From a virus (lineage: Duplodnaviria; Caudoviricetes): a stretch of DNA of 64,000 nt. The position numbers and the translations under genes were made by a program. Where the stretch lies: IMG/VR virus record IMGVR_UViG_3300005541_000010, positions 825-64,824 of that record. One strand, given 5' to 3'. Each line of letters starts with the position of its first letter. The first letter of the stretch is position 1. Positions 14,372 through 23,507 of the stretch are shown piece by piece. A model generated the notes under the pieces. The model worked only from the letters and a program-made list of their open reading frames with translations, was not told the DNA's origin and did no database searches.

Positions 14372-15345
14372 CTACCGGAACCAGACGCCCAGGCGGCACT
14401 CGGGAAGCGCACGGGGCCGGTGAATGCGTCGCTCTTGAGGCGGGCGGTAAAGAGCGTGCGGATGCGCTGGTAGGCCGGCGAGCGGTCGCGGTCGCTCAGG
14501 CTGCGCCCGACCAGCCAGTCCGCGTACAACTCGTTCGCGGCCAGGGACATCAGGCACTTCTGGAACTGCCCCGGCTTCAGGACCATCGCCCGCTTCTGGC
14601 CGGAGCGATCGGTGTCGAGCACGATACGGCGCCATAGCCACGCGGATAGGCCCAGGTTCAGGGCGGCCCACATGCGCTGGACATCTTCTCCGCGCCCCCA
14701 GGCGGCGAAGGCGACGTTCAGGAAGGTACACATACGGGTCGCCTCGTCCGTGGTGAAGGACTGCGCCACGTGCAGGGAGGACGTGGACCCGCACACGGGG
14801 GTGTCCATGCCGCTGCCCGCCCACACCCGCAGCATCATACTCATGCTCAGGATGGGGTTCGAGGGTCCACGGCGGATGTTGTCGTAGCCGACGTACGGAC
14901 AGCTGCCGCGAATCTGCTGCAGGATCGGCATGGACCCCTCGATACCGCGCAGCACATCGTCCGGGCGCATGCGCACAATCTGCGAGTTCAGCTCCACGAA
15001 CTCCTGGCCCATCTCCGCCAGGTTGTCGAACTCGACAATGCGCACGTCAGCGTAGGCGTGGTCGATCTGACTCATGTCCAGGGCGTGCATGCGGTGCTGA
15101 CCGTCGATGATGTAGGTGCCGGCGGTGGGGCCGCTCTTGATCACCCCGATGGTGATGACGCCCGGCACCACGCCGCTCACCTTAATGTCGTCGGCGATCG
15201 CCCGGACCTTCTCGTTCACCCGCAGCGGGCGCTGAAAGGGCGGCAGGAGCCAGGTGCGCAGCATGCGCTGGTTGAGCTCCAGCGTATCCATCGTGGAGCG
15301 CTTGGCGACCGGGGCGCGCTTGATCGGCAGGACGTTGGCTGTCAT
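14368..15345 (-). CDS. DGQHR-domain (ParB/DndB superfamily) protein
   Basis: PPFQRPL...YIIDGQHRMHAL...QEFVELN. Confidence 0.8.
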   Translation of the reverse strand: MTANVLPIKRAPVAKRSTMDTLELNQRMLRTWLLPPFQRPLRVNEKVRAIADDIKVSGVVPGVITIGVIKSGPTAGTYIIDGQHRMHALDMSQIDHAYADVRIVEFDNLAEMGQEFVELNSQIVRMRPDDVLRGIEGSMPILQQIRGSCPYVGYDNIRRGPSNPILSMSMMLRVWAGSGMDTPVCGSTSSLHVAQSFTTDEATRMCTFLNVAFAAWGRGEDVQRMWAALNLGLSAWLWRRIVLDTDRSGQKRAMVLKPGQFQKCLMSLAANELYADWLVGRSLSDRDRSPAYQRIRTLFTARLKSDAFTGPVRFPSAAWASGSGS

Positions 15346-15378
15346 GGTCTCGGCTTCCGCAGAATAGTAAGTCGCTGG

Positions 15379-15443
15379 ACTGTACTCTGCGGAAGGTAGC
15401 GACGCAATTCTTTTCTTGACCGCTCCACTCAGGCGGGTAGAAT
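15379..15443. promoter_or_regulatory. Divergent promoter pair with inverted repeat
   Basis: Leftward TTGCGT-N17-TACAGT (15407 to 15379); rightward TTGACC-N16-TAGAAT (15416-15443); CTTCCGCAGA/TCTGCGGAAG inverted repeat at 15354-15395. Confidence 0.65.
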
Positions 15444-15451
15444 CCGCCGCC

Positions 15452-15775
15452 ATGCACATCCTACGCAATCACTCCCTCGTCATGAAGGTTTTCAGAAACC
15501 GCCTGCGCCGCATGTCCCAAAGCGACGCGGCGCGCAAGTCCGGCGCCTCGGTGCAGAAGGTCAGTGATGTGGTGAACGGACGCTGCCCACCAGGTGGGAA
15601 GTTGCTGTGGTGGCTGGGATTTGAGGTGGCGTACGTGCCGCGACGCAAAAGAGCCCGGCGCCTGACGGCCTATCAGGCACCGGATTCCGCCGGCATTGGC
15701 CCACAAGGTGTACCGGACTTGGGCCGACATGGTAATGTCACGGAGCAATCACGTCAATCACCCGTGACGGAGTGA
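15452..15775 (+). CDS. Cro-like HTH regulator
   Basis: MSQSDAARKSGASVQKVSDVVNGRCPPG HTH; ATG only 8 nt after the -10 box. Confidence 0.7.
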   Translation: MHILRNHSLVMKVFRNRLRRMSQSDAARKSGASVQKVSDVVNGRCPPGGKLLWWLGFEVAYVPRRKRARRLTAYQAPDSAGIGPQGVPDLGRHGNVTEQSRQSPVTE

Positions 15776-15779
15776 CTAA

Positions 15780-16595
15780 GTGCCATTCGTGAAGCTCGAT
15801 TGCGGGATGCTTGATTCCACGCTTTGGATGGACAGGAACTCGCGCGAGGTATTCATCACAGCCCTACTGATGGCAGAGCCAGTGGAAGTACCTGAGCCGC
15901 TGAAACAAATCGCTGTCCGCACTCTCGAAAACACGGATTTTGTCGTGCCTCCTGGATGGTACGGATTCGTTCCTGCTGCCGGCGTGGGCATTATCGGGCG
16001 CGCACGGCTGGAACAAGAAGCAGGATTAGCAGCGCTTGAGCGACTCGGCGCAGCAGACCCTGAAAGCAGATCACGTGAGTTTGAAGGTCGGCGTCTTGTC
16101 CGCGTAAATGGCGGTTACTTGGTGCTGAACTACATGCGTTATAGGGAAAAGGATCACAGCGGCGCCGAACGTGCTGCTCGTTACCGGGCTCGTCGCAAGC
16201 ACTTGACGAACGTCACGCGTGACGGAGTTACAGTCACGCGTGACATCACGCATGCAGATGCAGATGCAGATGCAGATGCAGATAAGAAACAGACACAGAA
16301 CGCGGCTGCGCCGCTTAACGGTGCGCGACGGTCTTCACGGCGTTGTCCTAAGGATTGGAACCCGGAGGCGGCCGACCTGGAGAAACTGCAGGTCGAGCAC
16401 CCCAAGCTCAACCTGCAGCGTGAGTTGGAGAAGTTCCGGGACAACACCTTCGGGGTGGCGCGGTCCGATTGGGACGCCACGTTCCGCAACTGGATTCGCA
16501 GAGCCGGAGAGTTCCGCGGTGCCGGCACCAAGCCGCATACCCCGGCGATGACTACGGCCGAGGCCGAGGCGGCGGAAGCCGCGCGCGGACGATAA
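15780..16595 (+). CDS. Phage replication initiator protein
   Basis: N-terminal FVKLD...STLW, central repeat region, C-terminal DWDATFRNWIRRA. Confidence 0.8.
   Translation: MPFVKLDCGMLDSTLWMDRNSREVFITALLMAEPVEVPEPLKQIAVRTLENTDFVVPPGWYGFVPAAGVGIIGRARLEQEAGLAALERLGAADPESRSREFEGRRLVRVNGGYLVLNYMRYREKDHSGAERAARYRARRKHLTNVTRDGVTVTRDITHADADADADADKKQTQNAAAPLNGARRSSRRCPKDWNPEAADLEKLQVEHPKLNLQRELEKFRDNTFGVARSDWDATFRNWIRRAGEFRGAGTKPHTPAMTTAEAEAAEAARGR
16212..16283. repeat. Iteron-like palindromes and hexamer repeat, likely origin
   Basis: GTCACGCGTGAC at 16212-16223 and 16233-16244; GCAGAT x5 at 16254-16283. Confidence 0.6.
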
Positions 16596-16618
16596 TTTTT
16601 AACCAAGGAGAATCTTAA

Positions 16619-16933
16619 GTGCAAAAGCTCAACGAGAAAATCATCAGGCAGGGCGACGTGCTTCTGGTGCAGGTTAATACCGCTCCAAAGGTAAAGCCGT
16701 CAGCGACTGCTGTCGTGCTGCGGCACGGGGAAGCGACCGGGCATAGTCATCAATTCATGGCCGAATCTCGTGTCAGTTTCTTGGGCCGCGATGGAGCACA
16801 GGTAAAGGTCGGCGCAGTGGCAAAACTCCTGCACGAAGAACACGCGCCGGCAACCGTGTTGCCTGGGATCTACGACATGCCGACTCAGGTTGAGTGGACG
16901 GACGCGAACGAGCCGCGCGTGGTTCAAGATTAA
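16619..16933 (+). CDS. Conserved phage protein (RQGDV...GEATGHSH...HEEH)
   Basis: His-rich motifs typical of the partner gene of DUF6745 proteins; AAGGAG SD. Confidence 0.75.
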   Translation: MQKLNEKIIRQGDVLLVQVNTAPKVKPSATAVVLRHGEATGHSHQFMAESRVSFLGRDGAQVKVGAVAKLLHEEHAPATVLPGIYDMPTQVEWTDANEPRVVQD

Positions 16934-16943
16934 GGGGAAGGAA

Positions 16944-17952
16944 ATGCCTACGGAAATGGAGCAGTTCGTCGCGGCTTGCGATTACCCAGGATTGCTGGAC
17001 GTGCCGGCTGTAGAAGCGGCACTCGGTCAATACTGCAAAGCGCTCGGCGTAGAGCGTAAGATCGTACGACTGGAGCAAGGATGGGAACTTCAAGATCACC
17101 CATCGCTCGCCCGATATGTGGACCGTGTATTGAAGGATTTCGGTAAACGAAATCCTGAAGCCGCCCTCGCCGCCCTCGACGCCCTCGACGCCCGCGCCGC
17201 CCTTACTTCATTGCATCGCTTCGCGGCCTGGTGCGTACAGGCTTACGGCTGGTGGTGGTGGAGATTTGATCTCTCCTACTTGTCGTGCACGCACTTTGGA
17301 GCCATTCAAAACAATAAGCCGGACGTTCTGAAGTGGACGCAGCCGGTGCTTCACGCTTATCTCTCAGGATGTTGGATGCTGCATTGGACAGACGACACGC
17401 TGTATTGGGTTTCAAAACCAACAGTGCATGTCGAGCGCGTGAACGGAGCCAAAAGACTACACAACGAGCAGTACGCCGCGCTCGAGTCTGACGTGGAGAA
17501 TATTTACTTCTGGCATGGCGTAATGGTGCCGGCATTTGTGGTGGTGCGGCCGGATTGGATCACCGTCAGTCAAACACATCGAGACGGAAGACAACGCCGA
17601 AGTGCGGCGCGTGATGATTCAGCGCTACGGCACCGCGCGCTACATCAAGGATTCAGGAGCTGAAGTCGTTCACGAATTGCCGGAGAATTATTACGTGAAA
17701 GGGCTGCAGGGCGCGAAGCTCTACCGCAAGCCGCGTCCGCAGGACACCGACATCATTGTGATTGCCGTGAAGAATTCTACGCCGGAGACTGACGATACGG
17801 TGAAAGAATACATGCTGCGGATTCAGCCTGACGCCTATGGCGGCGCAGCGTCTAAGGACTGTCACGCCGCGATGGCTTCTACCTGGCGCAAAGCTGACGG
17901 TAGCCTGTACTTCGCAAAGCCACAGGACTATCGACCAGGATTCGAGAGTTAA
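16944..17952 (+). pseudogene. DUF6745-like gene split by a 4-bp duplication
   Basis: YFWHGVMVP...PDWITV continues as KHIETEDNAEVRRVMIQRYG only after removing one GTCA copy at 17565-17572. Confidence 0.75.
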
Positions 17953-17964
17953 GCTGGGGCAGAC

Positions 17965-18144
17965 ATGGCAAAAGCTAAACCTCTATCGAATGAGGCGCTG
18001 GATTTGATGCGCGCGCTTACCGAATGGAAGGATGCCGGCGGCAACGTCGCCGACGTGATGCTAGCCATCGAGTTCTTCATGCAGGCGAGGATACCGGTGA
18101 TCGTCAGCGCTGCGCTTTCCAAAGGGGTCCGGAGTGGACGTTAG
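17965..18144 (+). CDS. 59-aa hypothetical protein
   Basis: MAKAKPLSNEALDLMRAL...; fills the gap between genes. Confidence 0.5.
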   Translation: MAKAKPLSNEALDLMRALTEWKDAGGNVADVMLAIEFFMQARIPVIVSAALSKGVRSGR

Positions 18145-18478
18145 CCGCGAACAGTTCGACCTAGCGCTCGAGGAGTTGTTCGCGGCGCTGGACAAGCCGC
18201 TGGGGGATGCCAAAAAGCAAGCCTTCTGGAACGGACTTGAGCACATGACGTTCGTGCAGTTCTGTCGCGCGCGCGATCGAGTGATCGCGGAGCTCAGGGA
18301 GGGCGAGACGCCGAAAACGTTCGGGGTCGGCGCGGTGTGGGCAGCCTACAAGCGCACGCGGGCCAGGGGGCCGATGCCGACGGTCGCGGAAGTGCTGCAG
18401 GACCGCGAGCACGTCACCGGGCGCCAGCCGACATTCGAGGCGGAGTTTCGGGCGCGCTTTGGGAGCGACCCGCCATGA
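18134..18478 (+). CDS. Possible helicase-loader / replication accessory protein
   Basis: Helical 114-aa protein downstream of the initiator; GGAG SD; function inferred from position only. Confidence 0.45.
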   Translation: MDVSREQFDLALEELFAALDKPLGDAKKQAFWNGLEHMTFVQFCRARDRVIAELREGETPKTFGVGAVWAAYKRTRARGPMPTVAEVLQDREHVTGRQPTFEAEFRARFGSDPP

Positions 18479-18666
18479 CACCAGCTTTCGGTGTGACGGT
18501 GGTACTGAAAGCCTTGGCAGAGCGGGTCAATGCTCAGCACGCCGCTGATTATCCTGAGCGTCGGTACTGTACAGACGTTCCAGGCTACGTTTGTTTCGTC
18601 GCTCAGGGAACTACCAACGCAGAGTTCAAAAACTGGCTCATGGAGCATCAATATGACCCAAGCTGA
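18475..18666 (+). CDS. 63-aa hypothetical protein
   Basis: ATGA coupling. Confidence 0.45.
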   Translation: MTPAFGVTVVLKALAERVNAQHAADYPERRYCTDVPGYVCFVAQGTTNAEFKNWLMEHQYDPS

Positions 18667-18847
18667 AATGATTCTCGGCTACTTGCAGTCGGGGCGCGCG
18701 CTCACGCCTTTGGTGGCGCTCGACCGATTTGGCTGCTTCCGGCTGGCCGCGCGGATCAAGAACCTACGCGATCAGGGGCGCGACATCAGGACCACCCATG
18801 TGCCGGTGGGTCGCAAAAAGATCGCGAGTTACCGTCTTTCAACCTAA
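18653..18847 (+). CDS. Winged helix-turn-helix protein
   Basis: MTQAEMILGYLQSGRALTPLVALDRFGCFRLAARIKNLRDQG. Confidence 0.85.
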   Translation: MTQAEMILGYLQSGRALTPLVALDRFGCFRLAARIKNLRDQGRDIRTTHVPVGRKKIASYRLST

Positions 18848-18860
18848 CAGGAGCAACGCA

Positions 18861-19142
18861 ATGTCCTATTCTTTCAGCGTAAAGGCCGCCACCAAGGCCG
18901 AGGCCAAAACCCGCGTCACTGAGGAGTTCGATAAGGTTGTGGCCGCGCAGCCCGACCACAAGCACGATAGCAAGCAGGCGCAGGATGCCGCTGAGGTGTT
19001 CATCGACCTCTTGGCCGATGACGACACGAAGCACGTTTCGGTGAGCGTCACGGGGTCTTTATCGTGGAAGTGGGACGCGAAGCAGGCGAAGGTCTACACC
19101 GGGACCAGCGTCAGCATCTACGCATCGCTTCTGGTCCCCTGA
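18861..19142 (+). CDS. 93-aa hypothetical protein
   Basis: AGGAG SD, MSYSFSVKAATKAEAK, high GC3. Confidence 0.65.
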   Translation: MSYSFSVKAATKAEAKTRVTEEFDKVVAAQPDHKHDSKQAQDAAEVFIDLLADDDTKHVSVSVTGSLSWKWDAKQAKVYTGTSVSIYASLLVP

Positions 19143-19351
19143 TGCTGTCTGACGAACTGGCCTTGCGGACCAAACTCTCCGCGCTCGACATCGCGGTGCC
19201 GTTCAGCGGTGTCACGATGTCGCTTGCGGAGCGCCGCGAGAGTCTGCGGGCCGGCGTCAAGAAAGTACCCGATGTGATCTACACCGTTCGCGAAGGCAAG
19301 CGTATCCTGATGCGTCATCAGTTCGAGGCGGTGTACGGAGAGGCACTGTGA
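19142..19351 (+). CDS. 69-aa hypothetical protein
   Basis: TGATG coupling. Confidence 0.55.
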   Translation: MLSDELALRTKLSALDIAVPFSGVTMSLAERRESLRAGVKKVPDVIYTVREGKRILMRHQFEAVYGEAL

Positions 19352-19363
19352 TTCCGTTCATAG

Positions 19364-19386
19364 GCCAAGCAGGGTATTGGCTTTTT
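19364..19386 (+). terminator. Weak intrinsic terminator
   Basis: GCCAA-N8-TTGGC followed by TTTTT. Confidence 0.35.
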
Positions 19387-19471
19387 CTGAAGCCATCGGC
19401 GCAGCAGCGCTACAATCTCGGCAAGCACGTCAACGATCGCGACCTGGCTTTTTTACATTGGAGAGAACGCA

Positions 19472-19831
19472 ATGGCTAACGTCCAGAACCCCAAGAACTT
19501 CGTCATCACCCCCGGCGCGGGCGTCGAGGGCGCCGCGGTCAGCGACTACACGATCGCCTACGCCGCCGCGCCCGGCAACTCACCGCCCGCGGGCTTCCCG
19601 GTCGGCGCGCCGCAGGTGCTGGTGCCGGCGAAGGATCTGACTCCGCAGGCGGACGGCACGATATTGGTGCCGATCCCGGACATCGTGACGAACACCCTGG
19701 CGCCGGGGACCTACGCCGCCGACTGTGCGGCCAACTCAACGGCAGCTGGCACGGAGTCCGCGTTCACCGCGCCGGTGTTCTTCGACATCACCGCGCCGGT
19801 GCCGGCCGTTCCTGGTTTTGGGGTCGCCTGA
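19472..19831 (+). CDS. Ig/FN3-like beta protein
   Basis: Pro/Ala/Thr-rich beta pattern, GGAG SD, high GC3. Confidence 0.55.
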   Translation: MANVQNPKNFVITPGAGVEGAAVSDYTIAYAAAPGNSPPAGFPVGAPQVLVPAKDLTPQADGTILVPIPDIVTNTLAPGTYAADCAANSTAAGTESAFTAPVFFDITAPVPAVPGFGVA

Positions 19832-19874
19832 TCGCCGTTCTTCGGTGGCTATTAGGCATAGGACCTAAACCGAA

Positions 19875-20380
19875 ATGGTAAAGCGTCTCGCCCATTGGTT
19901 GCGTGCGCTCGCGCAACGGCTGGACCCACCGCCGGCCGCGGCCGTTCCGCAGGCGCCGGCTCCGCCGGAGCGCATCGGGATGTTCCTGGACGGGCGCGTG
20001 TGGAATTTATCGCGCGCCGAGGCGGAGGCGTTGATGGAGCAGGTGAACCAATGGAACTACAAACTTGGGCACCGACAGTTGGTGCAGTGCATGCCGCTGC
20101 CGGACCAGGAGCGCATGCAATGAGCTGTGTACACCAGACAATCATCTCGCACCTCCAATCGGCAGGCGACGGATTGTTGCGCCACACCTACGACACCTGC
20201 GAGAAGTGCGGCAAGATTCTGATGGGCGCCCCATTGGGGGAGGAATACCGAAGCGAGGAATGGCTGCAGCATTTTGGCCCTGACCCTTGGTACTTGAAAG
20301 CGTGGAAGTGGACTGGACTGTGGCGCCCAACGCTATGGGGCTTCGGAGATGAGCCCGGCAATGAACCTTTAAACAAGTAA
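19875..20380 (+). CDS. Two small coupled ORFs (19875-20123, 20120-20380)
   Basis: ATGA overlap; second has CxH...CEKC. Confidence 0.5.
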
Positions 20381-20392
20381 GGAGTAACGCAA

Positions 20393-21160
20393 GTGAAGAC
20401 CATGATTTGCCTGATTCTGGATCGTTCCGGCTCGATGCAGGGCCGCGAAGGGGACGTGATTGGTGGCGTCAACAAGTTCATCGCCGAACAGCAGGCGCTG
20501 CCTGACCCGGCGAGTCTCGCGATGGTGCGCTTCGACAGCGAAGGCATCGAGCGCTTCCGCCCGATGTGCGCGCTCGCCGACGTGAAGCCACTGAAGCCGG
20601 CCGACTTCGTGCCGCGCAGCCTGACGCCTCTCCTGGATGCCGTGGGACAGACGATCACGGCGCTCGATGAGGACTGGAAGAAGGAAAAGCCCGAGCGGTG
20701 CATCGTGATGATCGTCACGGACGGCCAGGAGAATAACTCACGCGAGTACACCAAGGCGAAAGTCGCCGCGCTGATCAAGGCGCGCCAGGACAGTAACCTG
20801 TGGGCGTTCCTGTACCTCGGCGCCGATGTCGATGCCTTCGCCGAAGCGGGCGCCATGGGTATCGCCTCCGCGAACACCGCGGGGTACACCAAGTCTGCCA
20901 AGGGCGTAGAGAAACTGTACGCCTCCACCTCGCACACCGTGCGCCGCATGCGCGCAACCGGCAGCACGCTCGCGCACAATCTCGGGGTCGCAAACCTCGG
21001 CGAGGATGATGACGATACCGACGCGCCGACCACGCCGCCGCCTGCCAGCCCCGCGAGCGCGGCATGGACGCCACCGGCGGGAACCGCGAGCGCGCCATGG
21101 ACGCCACCGGCGGGAACCGCGAGCGCGCCTCCATCCAGCGCCTGGACGCCACCCGTCTAG
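20393..21160 (+). CDS. vWA-domain protein with Pro-rich repeat tail
   Basis: ILDRSGSM MIDAS, TPLLDA, VTDGQEN.S, FLYLGAD. Confidence 0.9.
   Translation: MKTMICLILDRSGSMQGREGDVIGGVNKFIAEQQALPDPASLAMVRFDSEGIERFRPMCALADVKPLKPADFVPRSLTPLLDAVGQTITALDEDWKKEKPERCIVMIVTDGQENNSREYTKAKVAALIKARQDSNLWAFLYLGADVDAFAEAGAMGIASANTAGYTKSAKGVEKLYASTSHTVRRMRATGSTLAHNLGVANLGEDDDDTDAPTTPPPASPASAAWTPPAGTASAPWTPPAGTASAPPSSAWTPPV
21051..21128 (+). repeat. 33-bp tandem repeat (about 2.4 copies) encoding ASAxWTPPAGT
   Basis: CCGCGAGCGCG(G/C)CATGGACGCCACCGGCGGGAA repeated. Confidence 0.85.
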
Positions 21161-21346
21161 GGTGCCCGGTGAGTCTCGAGCGCGTGCAGCATAAGTTTGA
21201 GCACGGCCGGTGCGTGCGCTGTCACGCGCTCGAATGGGCGATAGAGGATGGATTCGTGAATGTCTTATGCGCAGGGAGGCCGATTGTGAGCCACCGCTTC
21301 TGGTGGCTGGCGAAAGTGACGACTCAACCAAAACGAGGGCAACGCA

Positions 21347-21850
21347 ATGTCAACCAATGATGTACCCGGCGCACGCGCCGGCAACCGGGACGAGCTGGCG
21401 ATGGGGTGCTGGGCGGAGCACGACGACGGCTCTTTGATTCTCGTCGAGTCCACAGAGGGAGGCCGAGTTGTCTACTCGATCTTCGATATGGACATGGACC
21501 CAATCACGGAGTACAGGGATTCGATGGCGGAGGGCGCGTTCAAGAGAGCGTTTTCTTGGGTGCCGGCCGACAAGAAGTCAGAAAAATGGACTTGGCACGA
21601 TAAAAGTCCGTTCGATTTTGACCGCGTTATCAAGCGTGGTGCGCGAGACGGTACGCGCCATGCTTCCGCAGACGACCTACTGAACGCGGCGCAGCGTGTC
21701 CGGCGATCACGCGAGATTCATCGCGGGCAGGACGTTGACCTGCGGGCAATGGCTACGCGGATCGACCAAGTCGGGGAAAAAGCCGAGGGGATCATCAAGA
21801 GATTGCAGCGCGCCATTAGCAAGCTGCCACAGGGCAGGGCGAAACGATGA
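21347..21850 (+). CDS. Hypothetical protein (GCWAEH...WTWHDK)
   Basis: Long ORF with SD, coupled to the next gene. Confidence 0.65.
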   Translation: MSTNDVPGARAGNRDELAMGCWAEHDDGSLILVESTEGGRVVYSIFDMDMDPITEYRDSMAEGAFKRAFSWVPADKKSEKWTWHDKSPFDFDRVIKRGARDGTRHASADDLLNAAQRVRRSREIHRGQDVDLRAMATRIDQVGEKAEGIIKRLQRAISKLPQGRAKR

Positions 21851-22338
21851 TTCGCAAGGCAATCCCTGGGCATCCCGGCTATGAAGCAGACTCAGCAGGG
21901 AATATCTGGTCGGTGGCCAGTAATTGGCGCGGTTACGGAAAGCGAATCCTGACAGCCAAGATTTGGCGTGACGAGTACGTCGTCGTCACCGTGGGTCGTA
22001 GCCTGTATACCGTACATGGATTGGTGTGTCGCGCATTCCACGGACCGAAGCCGCGCGGCAAACAGGTTCGGCATCTTGATGGCGTGCGTGCCAATAATCG
22101 GCCCGAGAACCTTCAGTGGGGGACAGCGAAGGAGAATGCCGATGATCGTCGGCGCCACGGCCGCACCCGCTACGGTACACGCCTTCCGTGGGCCAAACTT
22201 GATCCCGCAGCAGTGCGGGGTATTCGCCACTGGTTGGGACAGGGACGCGAACAGCAGGACGTTGCCGATCTATATGGGATTCATCCGAGCACTGTCAGCC
22301 AGATTAAGAGGCAAGTTACGTGGCGGGAGGTCCCATGA
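21847..22338 (+). CDS. NUMOD4-HNH homing endonuclease
   Basis: IPGHPGYEADSAGNIWS, VHGLVCRAF, RHLDGVRANN..ENL.WGT..EN. Confidence 0.9.
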   Translation: MIRKAIPGHPGYEADSAGNIWSVASNWRGYGKRILTAKIWRDEYVVVTVGRSLYTVHGLVCRAFHGPKPRGKQVRHLDGVRANNRPENLQWGTAKENADDRRRHGRTRYGTRLPWAKLDPAAVRGIRHWLGQGREQQDVADLYGIHPSTVSQIKRQVTWREVP

Positions 22339-22649
22339 AGAACCTCACGGACGGCTTCGTGTACGCCGAGGGGGTCGTACGCACGAGTGTGGACTGCACG
22401 TCGTGCGGCAAGGTCTTCATCGCCAAGATCAACCACGACCTGGACGGCAATCACAAGATTTGCTGTCCGTACTGCGGGCACGAACACTGGCGAGTCGTCA
22501 AAAAGGGCTGCGTCACGGGGGATCGCTGGGGGTCGCAGAACGGACCCAACCGCGATGTGCAGACCGAACGCATGTGGAGCGATCGCACGCTCGGGGTGGA
22601 GACGAACACCGCGGCCGAGCACATCAGGAAGCAGTGGCTGGATCGGTAA
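22335..22649 (+). CDS. Zinc-ribbon protein
   Basis: CTSC and CPYCGHEH. Confidence 0.7.
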   Translation: MKNLTDGFVYAEGVVRTSVDCTSCGKVFIAKINHDLDGNHKICCPYCGHEHWRVVKKGCVTGDRWGSQNGPNRDVQTERMWSDRTLGVETNTAAEHIRKQWLDR

Positions 22650-22763
22650 GTCGTGTGGAAAGCTCATTCCTCGAAGGCGTATCTTAGCGGCCTGGCGGCC
22701 AGCAACCTTGAGAAGGCCGCCAGGTTGTCTAAGTTGATTGCGGTGGTCAAGAAAGGCGGCGTG

Positions 22764-23507
22764 ATGTCAGTTAGCAGCGCTCCGTGGATGACGACGATTG
22801 TGAATACCTCCCCGACCACGGCTGCAACCTTTTACACGGGGATGGCGAACACTGTCACCACCACCACCGGGAACACCCTGGGCTACGGCGGCGGTGGCGG
22901 CGCGCAGCAAAACTGCGGACAGATGAACGCGCAGCAGATGCAGCAGGTTTACGGCCAGATGCAGGCGCAGCAGCAGCAATACGCGCAGACGCCGTACGTC
23001 GCACCCGCGCCGGTCGATCACGTCGCCCAGGTGCGCGCCCAGGGCCACGTCGTGCTCAAGAAGATGCAGCGCGTTGTCCACACCCGGTTCCTGCCGCATC
23101 CAATGGCCAATCACGATGTGGCCAAGCTGATTACCCGCCATGTGGACGGCTACGAGCTCCCGGCCGAAGTCGGTGAATACATCATGCCCGACGGTAGCAT
23201 CCTGATCGTGGACGATGTGGGCAACTACCGCGTCGAAGACCACGACGCGAAGGTGACCTACAAGGCGAACCGCACGCGCGAGTTCAATCCGTACATCAAC
23301 GCTTCCGACCTGCTCGAGGCGTTCGTCGCCGCGGTCGGCAAGCATCCGGCCGTGGACCAGGGGAACGTCCTGCGCCTGCCGCTGGAGGCTTTTGTCAACT
23401 GGCTTATCTGTGAGGCCGCGAAGCGTGACGGCGATAGCATGGAAGGCTTGCCGAAGGTTGAGGACGCGCTGCCGCAGTTGGCGGCGCCGCAGAAGGTGGC
23501 CGCATGA
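22764..23507 (+). CDS. Hypothetical protein with Thr/Gly/Gln-rich N-terminus
   Basis: High-GC3 ORF; QQNCGQMNAQQMQQ tract; globular C-terminus. Confidence 0.6.
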   Translation: MSVSSAPWMTTIVNTSPTTAATFYTGMANTVTTTTGNTLGYGGGGGAQQNCGQMNAQQMQQVYGQMQAQQQQYAQTPYVAPAPVDHVAQVRAQGHVVLKKMQRVVHTRFLPHPMANHDVAKLITRHVDGYELPAEVGEYIMPDGSILIVDDVGNYRVEDHDAKVTYKANRTREFNPYINASDLLEAFVAAVGKHPAVDQGNVLRLPLEAFVNWLICEAAKRDGDSMEGLPKVEDALPQLAAPQKVAA

